This document shows, piece by piece, positions 20,562-30,458 of a stretch of DNA of 64,000 nucleotides. Made by a program: the position numbers and the translations under genes. The stretch is from NCBI GenBank assembly GCA_963667785.2, contig CAXXMU010000002.1:896001-960000 (forward strand), given 5' to 3'. The first letter of the stretch is position 1; every line of letters starts with the position of its first letter. Under the pieces are notes generated by a model that was not told the origin of the DNA, made no database searches, and saw nothing but the letters and a program-made list of their open reading frames with translations. This DNA is from Alphaproteobacteria bacterium. Lineage in GTDB: Bacteria; Pseudomonadota; Alphaproteobacteria; UBA828.

Positions 20562-21845
20562 ATGACCGGCTACACGAGCGAGCAGTTGCAGGCGATGGTG
20601 CAGCCCGACCGGGTGCACCGCGCCATCTACACCGACCCGGCGATCTTCGAGATCGAGATGGAGAAGATCTTCCGCCGGGTGTGGCTCTATGTCGGCCACG
20701 AGAGCCTGGTGCCGAACCCGGGCGACTACTACTGCACCCACCTCGCCCGCCAGCCGGTGGTGCTGAGCCGGCACGCGGACGAGGGCATCTGCGTGCTGTT
20801 CAACCGCTGCGGCCACAGGGGCGCCAAGGTGCTCAACGCCGAGCGCGGCAACGCCAAGGTCTTCACCTGCATGTATCACGGCTGGAGCTTCCGGCCGAAC
20901 GGCGCGCTCGCCGGCGTGCCCATGCGGAAGGACTTTCCCGAAGAGGCGCTCGGGGACCCGCAGTCCGGCATGACGCGGCTGCCCAGGGTGGAGAGCTATC
21001 GCGGCTTCGTCTTCGCCTCCTTCAACCCGGACGCCGAGCCCCTGCTGGACTATCTGGCCGAGGCCCGGCGCGGCATCGACGAGCTGGTGGACCGCTCGCC
21101 GGACGGCCAGGTGGCGCTCTCGGCCGGCTGCCACCGCTACCACTATCGCGGCAACTGGAAGCTCCAGCTCGAGAACCTGGCGGACATGTACCACCCTGCC
21201 GCCTGCCATGCGTCGACCGTCGGCCCCGACGGCCGGCAGTTCAAGCGCCGCGCCGGCACGCAAGGCGGGGACGCCGCGTTCTTCGCGCCCAACGGCGAGG
21301 CCATCGTCGCCCAGACCGGCGTGCGCGGCCTCAACAACCGACACAGCTCCGAGGCCTCGCTCTTCGACCGCGAGCAGTCGGGCGGGCACTGGGACGACTA
21401 TCGCGCCATCATGGTGCAGCGCTACGGCGAGGAGCGCACCGCCGACATCCTCAAGAACCGCCGCCACAGCATGACCTTCTTCCCCAGCTCCGACATCCTG
21501 CTGGCGCAGACCTCGGTGCGCGTGATCCGGCCGGTGGCGGTGGACTTCACCGAGGTCGAGGTCTGGCCGGTCCGCCTCGAGGGCGCGCCGGAGAGCATCT
21601 CGGACGACCTCGTGCGCTTCGTGAACATCACCCATGCCGCCGCCTCGTTCATCCAGTCCGACGACATGGAGGCCTTCGAGCGCTGCCAGGAGGGGCTCAC
21701 GACGCAGGGCTCGGACTGGGTGCTGGTGGCGCGCGGCCTCGGCGCCGAGATCGACGAGGGCTCGGGCGTGCTCTTCGGCCCGCGCTCCAGCGAAGTCGGC
21801 CAGCGCGCCCAGCACGAGGCCTGGCGCGACCTGATGGGCGCATGA
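20562..21845 (+). CDS. Rieske aromatic ring-hydroxylating oxygenase, alpha subunit
   Basis: Rieske motif NRCGHRG...CMYHGW; mononuclear-iron ligands ENLADMYHPAACH and SDDMEAFE. Start MTGYTSEQ after GGAGGGGAG. Confidence 0.93.
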   Translation: MTGYTSEQLQAMVQPDRVHRAIYTDPAIFEIEMEKIFRRVWLYVGHESLVPNPGDYYCTHLARQPVVLSRHADEGICVLFNRCGHRGAKVLNAERGNAKVFTCMYHGWSFRPNGALAGVPMRKDFPEEALGDPQSGMTRLPRVESYRGFVFASFNPDAEPLLDYLAEARRGIDELVDRSPDGQVALSAGCHRYHYRGNWKLQLENLADMYHPAACHASTVGPDGRQFKRRAGTQGGDAAFFAPNGEAIVAQTGVRGLNNRHSSEASLFDREQSGGHWDDYRAIMVQRYGEERTADILKNRRHSMTFFPSSDILLAQTSVRVIRPVAVDFTEVEVWPVRLEGAPESISDDLVRFVNITHAAASFIQSDDMEAFERCQEGLTTQGSDWVLVARGLGAEIDEGSGVLFGPRSSEVGQRAQHEAWRDLMGA

Positions 21846-22363
21846 GCAGCGTCACCGCACAAGCCCGCGCCGCCGCCGGCTCCAACGTCGTCGGCCTCGA
21901 CGAGCTGCGCCGCTTCATCGAGCACGAGGCCGACCTGCTGGACGAGCGGCGCTTCGACGAGTGGTGCGACCTCTACACCGAGGACGCCGCCTACTGGGTG
22001 CCCGCGGCGCCCGAGCAGGAAAGCTGGCTCGACCACGTCTCGCTCTTCTACGACGACAAGGCGACGATGCGGACCCGCGTCCAGCGCCTCAACCACCCGA
22101 GGATCCACTGCCAGAGCCCGCCCAGCCGCTGCGTCCGCGTCATCTCAGGCGCCGTGCTCGACGGGGTGTCGACGGACGGCGCCTGGCTGGTCCGCTCCAA
22201 GTTCGTGATGGTGGAGGACCGCCCCGGCAGCCCGCAGCGGGTCTTCGGCGGCCGCTACGCCCACACCATCGTGCACGACGGCGAGCGGCTCCGCATCCGG
22301 CTCAAGCGGGTCGATCTCACCAACTGCGACCAGAGCTTCCCCATGCTCACCCAGCCGTTCTGA
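21842..22363 (+). CDS. Aromatic ring-hydroxylating oxygenase, beta subunit
   Basis: EADLLDERRFDEWCDLY...YWVP, SPPSR, IRLKRVDLTNCD; ATGA coupling with the alpha subunit. Confidence 0.92.
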   Translation: MSSVTAQARAAAGSNVVGLDELRRFIEHEADLLDERRFDEWCDLYTEDAAYWVPAAPEQESWLDHVSLFYDDKATMRTRVQRLNHPRIHCQSPPSRCVRVISGAVLDGVSTDGAWLVRSKFVMVEDRPGSPQRVFGGRYAHTIVHDGERLRIRLKRVDLTNCDQSFPMLTQPF

Positions 22364-22432
22364 GCGGCGCCCGGCCCGCGCCCCTCCGCCCGCCACCCTG
22401 CCCTGCAATTCGATTGACGACGCAACCGAGGC

Positions 22433-23434
22433 ATGTCCATGAGTTTGGCTCCAGACGCGCAGACCGACGCAACCCGACGCGGCGCGCTCACCTACATGGC
22501 GACGTCCGCCGAGGCCTCGCTCTATCGCAACGGCAAGGTGCTCACGCGTCGGGACAGCCAGGGCAACGACGGCGGCAGGGCCGGCCTCGATCTGGAAGAG
22601 CGGCAGATGCCGGTTCACGACGCGCGGCGTCTGGCGAGGCCCGAGCGGCGCACGCTTCACGCCAACGGCTTCGAGCTGCTCGAGCGCCCCCTGCCCGCCC
22701 CCGACATCGATTTTCTCAACCACGACCGGGTCGTGCGCGACTACTACCCGCACTGCGCCGACATCGTCCGGGAGGCGAGCGGCGCCAGCCACGTCGCGGC
22801 GTTCGACCACAACGTGCGCTCGGCGTCGGGCAAGGAGAGCGGGCGCCGCATCGAGGGCGGCCAGCACGTGCAGCCTCCCGCCCACCTGGTGCACGGCGAC
22901 TACACGCTGACCAGCGGACCGCAGCGGTTGCGCGATCTGGCGAAGCCGCCCTCCACCAACGACACCTACCGCACGCTGCTGGCGGACGGCGCGACGCTCC
23001 TCGACGAGACGCGCGTGGCGCGCGCGCTCGATGGGGGCCGCTTCGCGATCATCAATCTCTGGCGCAGCATCGCGCCGGAGCCGGTCGCCACCCACCCGCT
23101 CGCGCTCTGCGACGCGACCAGCGTGCGCCCCGACGACCTGGTGGTCTTCGAGATCCACTACACCGACCGGATCGGCGAGAACTACTTCGCGAAGCACGCC
23201 GACCACCATCGCTGGTACTTCTATCCGGCCATGACAGGCGACGAGGCGCTGCTCATCAAGCAGTGGGATTCGGCGGGCGGGCTGGCGCGCTCCGAGGGCG
23301 CGAAGGCGGATGCGATGTGCCCGGACTCGCCCTGCACCTTCAGCTTCCACAGCGCCTTCGAGGATCCGACCACGGCACCGGACGCGCCGGATCGCTGGAG
23401 CATCGAGGTCCGCTGCGTCGCGCTCTACGACTGA
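22433..23434 (+). CDS. CmcJ/NvfI-family oxidoreductase (putative non-heme Fe/2-oxoglutarate enzyme)
   Basis: FDHNVR, VHGDYT (HxD), INLWR, PLALCDA, RWYFYPAM, LLIKQWDS, HSAFEDP, RWSIEVRC. Confidence 0.85.
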   Translation: MSMSLAPDAQTDATRRGALTYMATSAEASLYRNGKVLTRRDSQGNDGGRAGLDLEERQMPVHDARRLARPERRTLHANGFELLERPLPAPDIDFLNHDRVVRDYYPHCADIVREASGASHVAAFDHNVRSASGKESGRRIEGGQHVQPPAHLVHGDYTLTSGPQRLRDLAKPPSTNDTYRTLLADGATLLDETRVARALDGGRFAIINLWRSIAPEPVATHPLALCDATSVRPDDLVVFEIHYTDRIGENYFAKHADHHRWYFYPAMTGDEALLIKQWDSAGGLARSEGAKADAMCPDSPCTFSFHSAFEDPTTAPDAPDRWSIEVRCVALYD

Positions 23435-23534
23435 GTCCCCGTTCCGTCGATTCGTTTCGCCCGGGCTGCTCCGCCTGCGGTCGCGCCGGGACAAGCGGCT
23501 GTTTCCGGGCGATGCCCAGGCGGTAGGGTGAGGT

Positions 23535-24479
23535 ATGGGAAAGGAGTCGCCGCAGGCAGCGCCAAAGCCGGGCGGGCCCGCACGCACGGGCCAGGCGCAC
23601 GCGCATGTGCTCGCCTTCCTCATCATCGTCATCATCTCCACGTCGTTTCCCCTGGGCGAGCACATCACCCACGGGCTCGACCCGGCGGTGATGATGTGCA
23701 TCCGCTTCGTCCTGGCTGCGCTCCTCATGGCGCCCATCGTGGCCTGGCGCGAAGGGCTGGCGCTGCCGACGGCCCGCTCGTGCCTGCGCTATCTCGCGCT
23801 CGGCGCGCCGCTCGCCTTCTTCTTCTGGTGCATGTTCGAGGCGCTGCGCTACACCAGCGGCCTCAACGAGAGCGCGATCTTCACCATCGTGCCGGGCCTC
23901 TCCGCCCTCTTCGGCGCGGTGCTGGTGGGCGAGCGCCTCGGCCTCCATCGTCTGGCCGCCCTCGGCCTCGGCATGATCGGCGCGCTCTGGGTGATCTTCC
24001 GCGGCGATCCTGCGCGCCTCTTCGATCTCGACGTCAACATCGGCGACGGGATCTTCCTCGCCGGCTGCTTCGGCTACGCCATCTACAGCTCGCTCATCAA
24101 GCTCCTGCACCGGGGCGAGCCGATCGTGGTGCAGTCGTTCTGGACGATGGCGGCGGCCGGGCTCTGGTTGCTGGCGGCGAGCAACGTCAAGCTCTGGCGC
24201 ACCGACTGGGCCGAGGTCGAGGCGGTGGTGCTCGGCGGCATCGTCTACCTCGCGGTGCTGCCGACCCTCGTCACCTTCTTCCTTACCCAGTACACGACGC
24301 TGCGCCTCGGCCCGACGCGGGTGCAGGCCTACGGCTACGCGCTGCCGGCGATCGTGCTCCTGCTCGACCTCGCGATCGGCAAGCCCGCGCCGCCGCTGAT
24401 GACGGTGCCGGGCCTCGCCATCGTGCTGCTGGCGAGCTTCGTGGTGCAGCGCGGCGCGATCCGCGAGTTCCGCCCCTGA
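23535..24479 (+). CDS. DMT/EamA family transporter
   Basis: About ten hydrophobic helices in two repeats; IRFVLA, LVGERLG, RLGPTR. Confidence 0.87.
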   Translation: MGKESPQAAPKPGGPARTGQAHAHVLAFLIIVIISTSFPLGEHITHGLDPAVMMCIRFVLAALLMAPIVAWREGLALPTARSCLRYLALGAPLAFFFWCMFEALRYTSGLNESAIFTIVPGLSALFGAVLVGERLGLHRLAALGLGMIGALWVIFRGDPARLFDLDVNIGDGIFLAGCFGYAIYSSLIKLLHRGEPIVVQSFWTMAAAGLWLLAASNVKLWRTDWAEVEAVVLGGIVYLAVLPTLVTFFLTQYTTLRLGPTRVQAYGYALPAIVLLLDLAIGKPAPPLMTVPGLAIVLLASFVVQRGAIREFRP

Positions 24480-24504
24480 GGCCGCAGCCAAGCGAGACGG
24501 TGCC

Positions 24505-25089
24505 GTGCCCGACGTCGAAGCCTCGTTCCACATCGACCAGCCCGCCGGCCGCGTCTGGGACTTCTTCCAGGACGTGCCCGAGGTCGTGACCTGCATGCCG
24601 GGCACGGAGCTCCTCTCCCAGACCGGCGAGGCGAGCTATGCGGGCAGGGTCACCGTCAAGCTCGGGCCGGTGACGGCCGCCTTCGAGGGCGAGGCCACCA
24701 TCGTCGAGACGGACCGCTCCGCCCGTACCGCCACGATCGAGGCGACGGGCGTGGACCGCCGGGGCAACAACCGCGCGACGGCGCACATGGCCTACGAGAT
24801 CCAGGAGCATGACGGCGGCGCCCGCGTCAGGCTTCACGGCACCGTCAAGCTGAGCGGCGCGCTCGCGCAGATGGGCCGCGGCGGCATCGTGCAGGACGTG
24901 GCCAGCCACCTCACCGCGCAGTTCTCCGAGCGCCTGCACCAAAAACTCGCCCGGCGCGGGCAGGACGGCGATCTCGACAGGGACGCTCAGGCGCCGCCCG
25001 GTGCGATCGCGGGCACCCGCGTGGCGCGCATCGTCGCCCTGGCCTGGATAAGACGGGTGCTGGCATCGCTGTTCGGGCGGAGGGGCTAA
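24505..25089 (+). CDS. CoxG/SRPBCC family protein
   Basis: VWDFFQD...CMPG, VKLGPV...FEG, LSGALAQMGRG; amphipathic C-terminal tail. Confidence 0.85.
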   Translation: MPDVEASFHIDQPAGRVWDFFQDVPEVVTCMPGTELLSQTGEASYAGRVTVKLGPVTAAFEGEATIVETDRSARTATIEATGVDRRGNNRATAHMAYEIQEHDGGARVRLHGTVKLSGALAQMGRGGIVQDVASHLTAQFSERLHQKLARRGQDGDLDRDAQAPPGAIAGTRVARIVALAWIRRVLASLFGRRG

Positions 25090-27482
25090 CTCTTCCGCGC
25101 CCGGTTCAGCATCCTGTGGATCGCGTCGGGCGTGAGCGGCGCCTCCCGGATCGGCGCGATGCCGAAAGGCTGCAGGGCATCCTCGACTGCCGACGCGTAG
25201 ACCTGCGCCACCGGGATGGTGCCCGCCTCGCCCACGCCCTTGACGCCGAGAGGGTTGAGCGGCGTGGGCGTTTCCGAGTGCAGGATCTCCACGTCCGGCA
25301 CCTCGGTCGCGTAGGGCATCAGGAAGTCCATGAAGTTGGCGTTGAGCGGCGTGCCGTCCTCGTCGAACTCGCAGCGCTCGTAGAAGGCGCCGCCTACGCC
25401 CTGGGCTATTCCGCCCATCACCTGGCCTTCGACGATGGTCGGGTTGATCATCCGCCCGCAGTCGTGAATGCAGACGTAGCGCCTGACCTCGATCGTGCAG
25501 AGCTCGGGGTCCACCTCGATCACCGCGGCATGGGCGCCGAAGGCCCAGGTCGCATGCGGCGGGCTGTAGTAGTCGGTCGCCTCGATCCCCGGAGTCCGGC
25601 CTTCGGCGAGCTGCGGCCCGTCGTGGCGGCTCGCCGGCGCGAACTGGGTGGCGCTGGCCGACGGCTTGTTGAAGGCGTAGCGCAGCGGGTTGGTCGCGGT
25701 CGCGATCTCCGCCAGCGTCGCCGAGCGGTCGGTCCCCATCACCCAGGCCGCGCCGTCGCGCAGCTCGATGTCCTCCTGGCTGCACTCCATCATGTTGGCG
25801 GCGGCCTCGACGATCTGGGCGCGCGCCTTCACCGCGGCCATGTGGATCGCGTTGCCGCTGCACACCGCCGCGCGGCTCGCGAAGGTGGCGACTCCCCACT
25901 CGAACGCGCCGGTGTCGCCCTCGACAACGATCACGTCGTCCACGCGCGCTCCCGTCTGCTCGGCGGCGATCTGGGCGAAGACGGTCTCGTGGCCCTGGCC
26001 CTGATCGGTGAGCCCGGTGTTGACGTAGACCTTGCCGGTGATCGGGTGGATCTTGACGTGGCCGCCCTCGTAGGGGCCGAGCCCGGTTCCCTCGACGTAG
26101 AAGCCGAGGCCGAGGCCGAGGTAGCGCCCTTCCTCGCGGGCGGCCGCCTGGGCCGCGCGAAAGCCGTCCACGTCGATGGTCCGGCAGAGCGTCTCCAGCG
26201 CCTCCTCGTAGGCGCCGCTGTCGTGGCTGACGTGCAGGCCGTCGGCGAAGATCAGCCCCTCGCGCAGATAGGGGAACTCGTCCTTGCCGATGAAATTCCG
26301 CCGCCGGACCTCGAAGCGGTCGAGACCGAGCTCGCCGGCGAGCTGATCCATGGCGCGCTCGATCGCGTAGCAGGCGTGCGGCCGGCCGCAGCCGCGATAG
26401 GGCGTCACCTGCACCGCCGGCAGGTAGACGGGGCGGAAGGTGACCCGGAAGTTCGGGATGCGGTAGGGACCGGCGATCGACGTCGCGCTCACCAGGGCGA
26501 CCGCGACCCCGTAGGGAATGAAGGCGCCGGTGTCGTGCAGGAAATCGTCCCTGAGCCCGATCACCCGGCCGTCCTTCATGGCCGCGATCTCGAGGGTGTG
26601 AATCTGCGCGCGCTCCTGCGAGGCGCCGATGAAGTTCTCGACCCTGTCCTCGATGTACTTGACCGGGCGGCCCAACTCCATCGCGGCCAGCGGCACCAGC
26701 ATTTCGTCGGGGTGGAACATCATGATCTTCTGGCCGAAGCCGCCGCCCACGTTGGGTGCGATCACCCGCACCTTGTCCTCGTCGATCCGGAAGAGCGAGG
26801 CCAGCCCGCCACGCACCGAGAGAGTCGACTGCGTGCTGTCCCACACCGTGAGCTCGCCGGTCACGGCCTCCCAGCGGGCCGCGATGGCGCGGCATTCCAG
26901 CGGCGCAGCGGTGCTGCGCTCGAGCCGGACCTCGATGCGCGTGACGTGCTCGGCCCCGGCGAACGCCGCGTCGGTATCCCCGGTCTCGACGCAGAAGCGC
27001 CCGGCTACGTTGTTGGGCACGTCCGGGTGAACGCGCGGGGCGTCGTCGCCCACCGCCTTCTCGAGGTCCATCTCGACCGGCAGGGGGTCGTAATCGATCT
27101 CGATCAGACGCACCGCGTCCTCTGCGACGTAGCGGTCGACCGCCACCACCATCGCGATGCACTGGCCGACATAGAACACGTCGTCGCGCGCGAGCGGCCG
27201 CTGCGTCTTCGGATGGGTAAGGTCGGGCGCGGGGATCAGCAGAGGCAGCGGGGCGTCGAGCGCGCCGATGTTCTCGCAGGTGTAGACCCTGACCACGCCG
27301 TCGAGGGCTTCCGCCGCGCTGACGTCGACGGAGCGGAGCTTCGCCCTCGCGACCGTGCTGCGGGCGAACGCCGCGTGCAGCGCGCCGGGCAGGTCGATAT
27401 CGTCGATGAAGCTCCCCTCGCCGCGCAGGAGAGCGGCATCGGCATTGCGCTCGATGCGTTCGCCGAACTGCCGGGTCGACAC
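25086..27482 (-). CDS. Molybdopterin-binding large subunit, CoxL/xanthine-oxidase-family hydroxylase
   Basis: VGGGFGQK, PYRGCGR loop, QGQGHET, FASR, DCGRMINP..VEGQ..GG..QG, KGVGEAG. Confidence 0.92.
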   Translation of the reverse strand: MSTRQFGERIERNADAALLRGEGSFIDDIDLPGALHAAFARSTVARAKLRSVDVSAAEALDGVVRVYTCENIGALDAPLPLLIPAPDLTHPKTQRPLARDDVFYVGQCIAMVVAVDRYVAEDAVRLIEIDYDPLPVEMDLEKAVGDDAPRVHPDVPNNVAGRFCVETGDTDAAFAGAEHVTRIEVRLERSTAAPLECRAIAARWEAVTGELTVWDSTQSTLSVRGGLASLFRIDEDKVRVIAPNVGGGFGQKIMMFHPDEMLVPLAAMELGRPVKYIEDRVENFIGASQERAQIHTLEIAAMKDGRVIGLRDDFLHDTGAFIPYGVAVALVSATSIAGPYRIPNFRVTFRPVYLPAVQVTPYRGCGRPHACYAIERAMDQLAGELGLDRFEVRRRNFIGKDEFPYLREGLIFADGLHVSHDSGAYEEALETLCRTIDVDGFRAAQAAAREEGRYLGLGLGFYVEGTGLGPYEGGHVKIHPITGKVYVNTGLTDQGQGHETVFAQIAAEQTGARVDDVIVVEGDTGAFEWGVATFASRAAVCSGNAIHMAAVKARAQIVEAAANMMECSQEDIELRDGAAWVMGTDRSATLAEIATATNPLRYAFNKPSASATQFAPASRHDGPQLAEGRTPGIEATDYYSPPHATWAFGAHAAVIEVDPELCTIEVRRYVCIHDCGRMINPTIVEGQVMGGIAQGVGGAFYERCEFDEDGTPLNANFMDFLMPYATEVPDVEILHSETPTPLNPLGVKGVGEAGTIPVAQVYASAVEDALQPFGIAPIREAPLTPDAIHRMLNRARKS

Positions 27483-27502
27483 GGTCGCTGCCCTCCCCCG
27501 CC

Positions 27503-28036
27503 TCAGCCCGCGCCGCGCATCAGCGCAGCGCTGCGCCGGAAGGCGGCCACGATGTCCTTGTAGCCCGTGCAGCGGCAGAGGTTGCCCGAGAGAACCGCGC
27601 GAATCGCGTCATCCGAAAGGTCGGGATCCTCGTTGCCCTCCAGGTAATCCACGATCGCCATGACGAAGCCCGGGGTGCAGTAGCCGCACTGCAGGCCGTG
27701 GCACTCGCGAAAGGCGCGCTGGACGGGATGAAGCGAGCCGTCCGGCGCAGCCACGCTCTCGATCGTGCGGATCTCGGCGCCGTCGGCCTGCACGGCGAAG
27801 GCGAGGCAGGACCGCCCTGCGTGTCCGTCGATGATCACCGTGCAGCACCCGCAGACGCCGTGCTCGCAGCCGACATGGGTGCCCGTGAGCCGCAGCTCGT
27901 GGCGGATGAAGTCGCTCAGCAGCATGCGCGGGCTGACCTCGCGCTCGATGCGCTCGCCGTTCACGGTCATCGACACCGCGACGCGCGGATCGGGAGACGG
28001 GCGGGTCGAGGTCCCCTGTACGATCCGTCCCGCCAT
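27503..28036 (-). CDS. (2Fe-2S) small subunit (CoxS type)
   Basis: GCEHGVCGCCTV, SCL, QCGYCTPG, NLCRCTGY. Confidence 0.94.
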   Translation of the reverse strand: MAGRIVQGTSTRPSPDPRVAVSMTVNGERIEREVSPRMLLSDFIRHELRLTGTHVGCEHGVCGCCTVIIDGHAGRSCLAFAVQADGAEIRTIESVAAPDGSLHPVQRAFRECHGLQCGYCTPGFVMAIVDYLEGNEDPDLSDDAIRAVLSGNLCRCTGYKDIVAAFRRSAALMRGAG

Positions 28037-28905
28037 CACGCCCGCCCCTGCGCCCGCCCGGCGGCCTTCGCGACGGTGCGCCGGACCAGGGCCGCCACGA
28101 GGTCCTTGCGGTAGTCGAGGCCGGCCTGGCGGTCATCGCCCGCCGTGACGCAATCGCGCGCGGCCTCGGCGGCGGCCGCCAGCGCCTCTCCCTCCGGCGG
28201 GGCGCCCAGCAGCGCGGTCTCGGCCGCGGCGAGGCGCGTCGGCTTCGAGGCGATGCCGCAGGCCGCGAGCCGCACGGCGCTGCAGGCGCCGTCCCTCAGC
28301 GTCACCAGGGCGCAGACGCCGGCGAGCGCGTAGTCGCCGTGGCGGCGCGCGACCTCCTGGAAGGCGTAGCCGGTACGGGGAGGAAGGGTCGGTATGCGCA
28401 CCTCCGTCAGCAGCTCGCCCGCCTCGAGCGCCGTCGTCATGTGAAACAGGAAGAGCTCTTCGGCGGCAATCGTCCGCTCGCCCCCAGTGCTGCGCGCCAC
28501 CGCCGAGCCGCCGGTCGCCACCAGCATGCAGGGCAGCTCAGCCGCGGCGTCGGCATGGGCGATGCTGCCGCCGACCGTGCCGCGATTGCGGATGACGATG
28601 TGCGCGACGTTGCCGAGCACCTCCGCAATCAGGGGATTCGCGCGCCGAACCGCCTCGTCGCGCTCGAGGTCCCGCTGGCGCGTCATCGCGCCCACCCTGA
28701 TGACGTCGCCCTCGACCGCATACCCGTTGAGCGCGCCGATCCTGCGCAGGTCCACCAGCGTGGACGGCGCGGCGATGCGGAAGTTCATGGTGGGAACGAG
28801 GCTCTGCCCGCCGGCCAGCGGCCGCGCCATCTCGTCGCCCGCGAGGGCCTCCAGCGCCTCCTCGACGCTGCGCGGCGCCACGTACTCGAACAGTGCAGGC
28901 TTCAC
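28036..28905 (-). CDS. FAD-binding medium subunit (CoxM type)
   Basis: MKPALFEY, AGGQSL, IRNRGTVGGS, RRHGDYA. Confidence 0.94.
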   Translation of the reverse strand: MKPALFEYVAPRSVEEALEALAGDEMARPLAGGQSLVPTMNFRIAAPSTLVDLRRIGALNGYAVEGDVIRVGAMTRQRDLERDEAVRRANPLIAEVLGNVAHIVIRNRGTVGGSIAHADAAAELPCMLVATGGSAVARSTGGERTIAAEELFLFHMTTALEAGELLTEVRIPTLPPRTGYAFQEVARRHGDYALAGVCALVTLRDGACSAVRLAACGIASKPTRLAAAETALLGAPPEGEALAAAAEAARDCVTAGDDRQAGLDYRKDLVAALVRRTVAKAAGRAQGRA

Positions 28906-29090
28906 TCCGCAGCCTCCTGGGCCGTGTCGGCGACGAGCCCCCCGGTCACCGGGGCGGTCATGGCCGCCACGACCGGACTAGAGGGCTCCACCCGGACTGA
29001 TCGAGAGACGTGGTGCAGCCCCGCCGGCCCGCGCCCGTGCTGCCGTCGGCAGCCTCGGGGCCAAGCCGGCGGGGCGATGAGTGACGATCC

Positions 29091-30395
29091 TCACGCGGCG
29101 AGGAAGCGGTTCCACTCCTTGATGAAGAGCGTGATGTTGCGCGGCCAGATCATCCAGTAGGCGATGTTCGACTGGCGCCGGAGCTTCGGCCCGGTGTCGC
29201 GCCCGCGGCCCTCGTACCACTTCAGCCACGAATCCTCGGACATGTAGTTGCGCGCGGTGTCGGGGCAAGGCGAGTAGTAGCCCTGCTCGGCGTCCGCCGC
29301 GCCGCGCCAGCCTTCGAGGCACCAGTCCATGTAGGCCATGGCGACCTCCGGCTGTTCCGCCTCGCTGGAGAGGCACATGCCGTAGTACCAGGCGCCAGTG
29401 CCCTCCCACACGTCGACGTACCAGCACGGGATGCCGCGCTTCCTCACGTCCTCGATGACCGGGTTCCAGCAGTCGATGCCCCACACCTCCTCGGAGGCGA
29501 GCAGGTTCACCGCCTCGCCGTAGTTGGTCCAGAGCGCGCGGAAGACGCCGTCCTGCTTGGCGCCGATCAGGAAGTCGATGACGTTCTTGAGCTCGTCCGG
29601 CTCGAGATCGCCATAGCCCACCGTCACCGGGTCCATCTTGCGGTTCTTCACGAGGTAGCTCGCGCAGCGAGGCGGCCCGATCAGGTCCTCGTTCTGGATC
29701 GAGACCTTGCCGCGCACGTCCACGTCGCGCCACTGGCCCTCGTAGAGCACGCCGAGGGTGTCCGGCGTGTTCCGGTCCGCCTGCGTGTCGGCGAACTTGT
29801 GGGGCAGGATGCCCAGCGCATCCATGTTGTAAATCTGCGGCAGCATCCCGAACGAGGTGCGGCTGTCATCCCAGTAGACCATCGCCACCGGCCAGCCGCT
29901 GGTGTGGTCGGCGCCGACATGGGCCGGGTCGGTGAAGAGCGTGTCGGCGAACTCCCAGTTGGTGATCTTCTCGGCCGGGATTGGCGCGATCGTCCCCGCC
30001 TCGCGCAGCGCAGGCACGCGGAAGGCGTTGGTCTCGATCATCGAGAAGGTCTCGTAGCCGCCGGTGATCCACTTCTGGACCGAATCGGCGAGGCTCGCGA
30101 CCTGGCCCGTGACCTGCAGGCCGCCGCTCATCTCCTCGAACTGCTTGAAGAAGCGCTCCTGCGCGGAGACGCCGGTGCCGATGAGCTGCATCGGCTCGTC
30201 CTGGGTGATGCCGGCGACCCGGTCGGAGAACGCGGCCTCGGCCTGGCTCGCACCCAGGCCGGCCGCCGCAACCGCGGCCGTAGCCCCCGCCGCCGCCATG
30301 AACTCGCGCCGGTCGAGCCATGCCGCCGTACGCGAGCGTTCCTCGGCCTTGTCGCAGAACTGCTCGTGTCTCTTGTCTAGGTGTCCGTCGTCCAT
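29091..30395 (-). CDS. PotD/PotF-like ABC substrate-binding protein with Tat signal (orphan paralog 1)
   Basis: LDRREFM Tat motif; NLLASEEVW, AMAYMDWCL, QGYYSP; clear paralog of 39732-41090. RBS GGGAGG. Confidence 0.85.
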   Translation of the reverse strand: MDDGHLDKRHEQFCDKAEERSRTAAWLDRREFMAAAGATAAVAAAGLGASQAEAAFSDRVAGITQDEPMQLIGTGVSAQERFFKQFEEMSGGLQVTGQVASLADSVQKWITGGYETFSMIETNAFRVPALREAGTIAPIPAEKITNWEFADTLFTDPAHVGADHTSGWPVAMVYWDDSRTSFGMLPQIYNMDALGILPHKFADTQADRNTPDTLGVLYEGQWRDVDVRGKVSIQNEDLIGPPRCASYLVKNRKMDPVTVGYGDLEPDELKNVIDFLIGAKQDGVFRALWTNYGEAVNLLASEEVWGIDCWNPVIEDVRKRGIPCWYVDVWEGTGAWYYGMCLSSEAEQPEVAMAYMDWCLEGWRGAADAEQGYYSPCPDTARNYMSEDSWLKWYEGRGRDTGPKLRRQSNIAYWMIWPRNITLFIKEWNRFLAA

Positions 30396-30458
30396 CTCTG
30401 CCTCCCTGAGCCTGTCGAATGCTTCGGCGGCGCCCGACCTGCGCCGGGCGTCCCGTGA

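Noticed and set aside
25086-28905. Calling coxMSL a true aerobic CO dehydrogenase
   Set aside because: Lacks the form I AYxCSFR motif and adjacent coxDEF maturation genes.
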